From Utricularia gibba (Eukaryota > Plantae > Magnoliophyta): a stretch of 64,000 nt of DNA. Positions 60,948-64,000 of the stretch are shown here, in pieces. Below the pieces are notes generated by a model. The model did no database searches. It was not told where the DNA came from and saw only the letters and a list, made by a program, of their open reading frames with translations. Positions within the stretch are counted from its first letter, which is position 1. Every line of letters starts with the position of its first letter. The stretch lies in NCBI GenBank assembly GCA_002189035.1, contig NEEC01000009.1, positions 1,116,001-1,180,000 on the forward strand, read 5' to 3'. The position numbers and the translations under genes were made by a program.

Positions 60948-62170
60948 ATGATGGGTAAGCTTTACGTGAAGATGGAGCCGCCGCCGGATCTCAACCGGAA
61001 CACCGAGTGGTTCACGTACCCCGGTGTCTGGACTACCTACATATTGATTCTCTTTTTTTCCTGGCTCGTCGTTCTGTCCGTCACCAATTGTACCCCTGGC
61101 ATGGCCTTGACGATCGTCAATCTCTCCCATTTCCTGGTAACCCAAAACTCTTTCTTCACAATCAATTGTCTCTGTGGGCTTTTTTTTTCTTTTTTCTTGT
61201 ATGGCTTTTGAGAGTTCCGATTTAGCATCTTCGTTAACCAAACTTTGCCTAAACTTCGAAATTTCGACCTAGATAGAGGAACTGTGTTGTGAGTTAGCAC
61301 CATTTCTTTTTTGAGCATTTTTAAATCCCGGAGAAATTTCAAATAGTGGTGTTCCTCTTTTGAGCTGGGTATTGCATGTTTGGATTGCTGGATGAGATTT
61401 TTGTGCCTGCTTTGCTCAATACACTGTTCTAAGCTTGTTATGCCTCTAGTGGAATTACGACTACCCTCTTTTGAGGGACTCTGATTCTTGTTTTTTACAA
61501 ATATTTTGTTACCTTTGCCCTGTGTAAGTGAAGTTCCTTACCACAGCCGCCTTTCCGAATGTAGGCATAATGCAGATCACTTGCTTCTTTTTTGGAATAT
61601 AGACACGATTTGTCCAGAATCTGCAGAATCTGTTCTGTGAAAATGATTGAATCTGTCCTTGGTTAGTGCTCGGCCTGAATGATTGTTTTTTGCTTTTTGC
61701 ATGCAGATCACTTACCATTTCTTTCACTGGAAGAAAGGAACCCCTTTTGGTGATGATCAGGGAATCTATAATCGTTTGACATGGTGGGAACAGATAGACA
61801 ATGGAAAGCAGCTAACTCGAAACCGGAAGTTCCTCACAGTCGTTCCGGTTGTTTTGTAAGTTGGTCCTTGTCAACATCGCTTGGTATCTTTATCTCTTCT
61901 GTGCATATGTTTCCTGCTGCTACTTTTGCTGGTAGACATAACATATCTCGTATGGAGAATTCTTGACATAATGAAAAATCCCTTCCATCACTGCTCCTTG
62001 ATGCACATACATCTATCTGTGTTGTTGGCAGGTATCTGATAGCTTCACATACAACAGATTACCAACACCCCATGCTTTTGTTCAACACACTCGCAGTCCT
62101 CGTTTTGGTCGTCGCCAAGTTCCCCAACATGCACAAAGTTCGAATCTTCGGCATTAATGGAGACCAGTGA
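60948..62170 (+). CDS. ORM: ORM/ORMDL serine palmitoyltransferase regulator, 3 exons
   Basis: LYVKMEPPPDLNRNTEWFTYPGVW / ITYHFFHWKKGTPFGDDQGIYNRLTWWEQIDNGKQLTRNRKFL / YLIASHTTDYQHP...VAKFPNMHKVRIFGINGDQ*. Confidence 0.96.
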
Positions 62171-62739
62171 AAGGGTAAAGAGACCCTGTGTGTGGTGATG
62201 CAGTTCTGTTGCTGGTAAAGAAGGTGATCACCCCCACCCGCTCCATATCCAGGAGCTGAAAGCGTTGATATCCTCAGTAGCTGTACTATGTAATGACACA
62301 AATAAAGGCCATGAGCCGGGTTTTCTCTGTACAGAAGAACAGTTATTGTCGAATGCGCTTGGGCTATATATACCAGTGCATAAACTGGAGGACTGTTCAA
62401 ATACCTGCTTCTGAAAATGGGGAAAAGAAAACAAAAGACCTAATTAGTGAAATGACATGCTTACCCCTAGCAATGAATGGTCCCAATCATACAAGGCATG
62501 TGTTTTAGGTATTTTTTTTTATTTAAGTCTCCTCCAGATTCGAAAGAAGCGTACTTTGTGTCGGCTGAATAATGAATGGGAACCGGCGGATGAACAATCC
62601 CGGCGCTAGTCTGATTTTTCTTTTAGATATCGTATGGTTGGCATTTTTCGAATGAGTGAAATTGTACTGAAGAAACTGACTGGGAGTCTTCAACGGTTTG
62701 CGCAATCCGCTGCGATCAAGGGTTGCGCCATCCGCCGCA

Positions 62740-64000
62740 ATGAGCCTATCGAAGGCAGATTTGCCGACTTGTCTCCGGCGAGCGTGGTTGCATTTGAGGT
62801 TGTCGGTTCGTGACCCAACTCGGGTCGGAACATGGGACGCCATTTTGGTGACGGCAGCGAGCCCTGATCAGGCTCAACTATACAACAGGCAGCTCGATCG
62901 TGCCAAGAGAATGGGACGCATTGCTGAGTCTACAGTTACTTTGGCTGTTCCGGATCCGCTTGGCATGCGGATTGGATCTGGAGCTGCCACTCTTAATGCC
63001 GTTCGTGCTCTCGCTGATCACCTTCATCGCTTTTCAACGGTGCGTCCGACATATTATCATAATTCATAACTGTGCCTTTTTGCGCTTCAGGTAGTTGGTG
63101 AGTTTAATCTTGGAGTCTTCTGCTTGCGTGTTTCTGTGTGTTTTTTACACAGGGAGCAAATTCTACGAGTTTGGACAATGGTTCCTCCCCTGAATGCTCA
63201 AGTGAGGAGATTGGGCTTTCTGCACTTGTTGATTTACTCCGGGAAAAGCATATACTTTTGGTTCATGCTGGAGGTGACTCTAAGAGGGTACCCTGGGCTA
63301 ATCCGATGGGAAAAGTTTTCCTTCCACTTCCCTACATGGCAATAGACGACCCTGACGGCCCAGTCCCTTTGCTTTTTGATCATATACTTGCAATCGCCTC
63401 TTGTGCAAGGCAGGCGTTTCGTAATAAAGGTTGATTGCTATGTCTTCCCAAGTTTCATCAGCCCCATGAGTAGTTCAAGAATGATGCCTTTTCCTTTTGT
63501 TGGCAGATGATTCACCCCCCCAGTTTTCTTTCAGGTGGGTTATTCATTATGACTGGAGATGTCCTTCCTTGTTTTGATGCGTTTAGCATGGTTCTTCCCG
63601 ACGATATGGCTTCCATTGTGACTGTCCCGATAACTCTTGATATAGCTGCAAACCATGGTGTTGTTGTGGCATCTAACTCCGAGCAACTAATTCATAATCC
63701 ATCAGTTGCTTTGGTTGAAAATCTGCTACAGAAACCAACTATAAATGAACTCCATGACCACCAAGCTGTTCTTTGTGATGGAAGAACACTACTTGACACT
63801 GGAATCATAGCAGTCAAAGGCAAAGCATGGACTGATCTTGTTGTACTTGCAATTTCCAGCCGATCAATGATATTAGAACTAATGCAAAGCAGGATGGAGG
63901 CAAGTCAGTATCTTTTTTTGCAGATATGCTTTCATGTCTTCAGTCATGGCATATCTGTTTCTGAAAGTGTCTTCATTTCTCGGATTTCTCTTTATTGGAG
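62740..64000 (+). CDS. FKGP: Bifunctional L-fucokinase/GDP-L-fucose pyrophosphorylase, runs off the right edge
   Basis: KADLPTCLRRAWLHLRLSVRDPTRVGTWDAILVTAASPDQA...RIGSGAATLNA; KHILLVHAGGDSKRVPWANPMGKVFLPLP; GGLFIMTGDVLPCFDA; LLQKPT. Confidence 0.95.

Noticed and set aside
1586-62843. Numerous 60-170 aa ORFs in the supplied track on opposite strands or in introns (e.g. 1586-1924, 19840-20316, 22827-23348, 28961-29374, 52248-52511)
   Set aside because: They overlap recognised genes in antisense or shifted frames, or span introns and UTRs, and show no recognisable domains.
1-64000. CRISPR arrays, rRNA genes, LTR/retroelement coding regions, organellar insertions
   Set aside because: None seen: no regularly spaced repeat-spacer arrays, no rRNA-like sequence, no gag/pol/RT motifs, and the tRNAs are nuclear-type.

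Overview
Eukaryotic nuclear DNA from a eudicot plant with an extremely compact genome. I count 29 intron-containing or single-exon protein-coding genes (2 truncated by the window edges), 1 unprocessed RPL37 pseudogene and 3 tRNA genes in 64 kb, roughly one gene per 2.1 kb, with mostly 70-400 nt introns and short AT-rich spacers. The density suggests a Lentibulariaceae-like miniature genome, but that is inference only. Gene order: RPT1(-), exportin-T/PSD(-), 64-aa small protein(+), Alfin-like(+), TIM23(+), GLYR2(-), IQD(+), CHUP1-like(-), tRNA-Asp(+), DUF761/ACRE146-like(-), methyltransferase-like(+), tRNA-Ser(+), tRNA-Asp(-), unknown(-), RPL37 pseudogene(+), Ser-rich(-), GET2-like(-), Hsp110(+), COX5b(+), BRCC36(-), BADC(+), MASS(+), TRAPPC2(-), polygalacturonase(+), TPR(+), SLEEPER-type hAT-derived gene(+), acidic protein(-), AVT6(+), MFS nodulin(-), BRAP2/BRIZ(+), unknown(-), ORM(+), FKGP(+). 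Major caveat: about 12 single-base deletions in homopolymer runs break otherwise intact genes and one tRNA, which points to systematic assembly error rather than biology. The most notable real signals are two AT-AC (U12 minor spliceosome) introns about 5 kb apart, a dense Evening-Element cluster, an intron-retaining RPL37 pseudogene, a domesticated hAT transposase, and a convergent gene-tRNA/tRNA-gene cassette. I found no convincing wholly novel multi-gene system.
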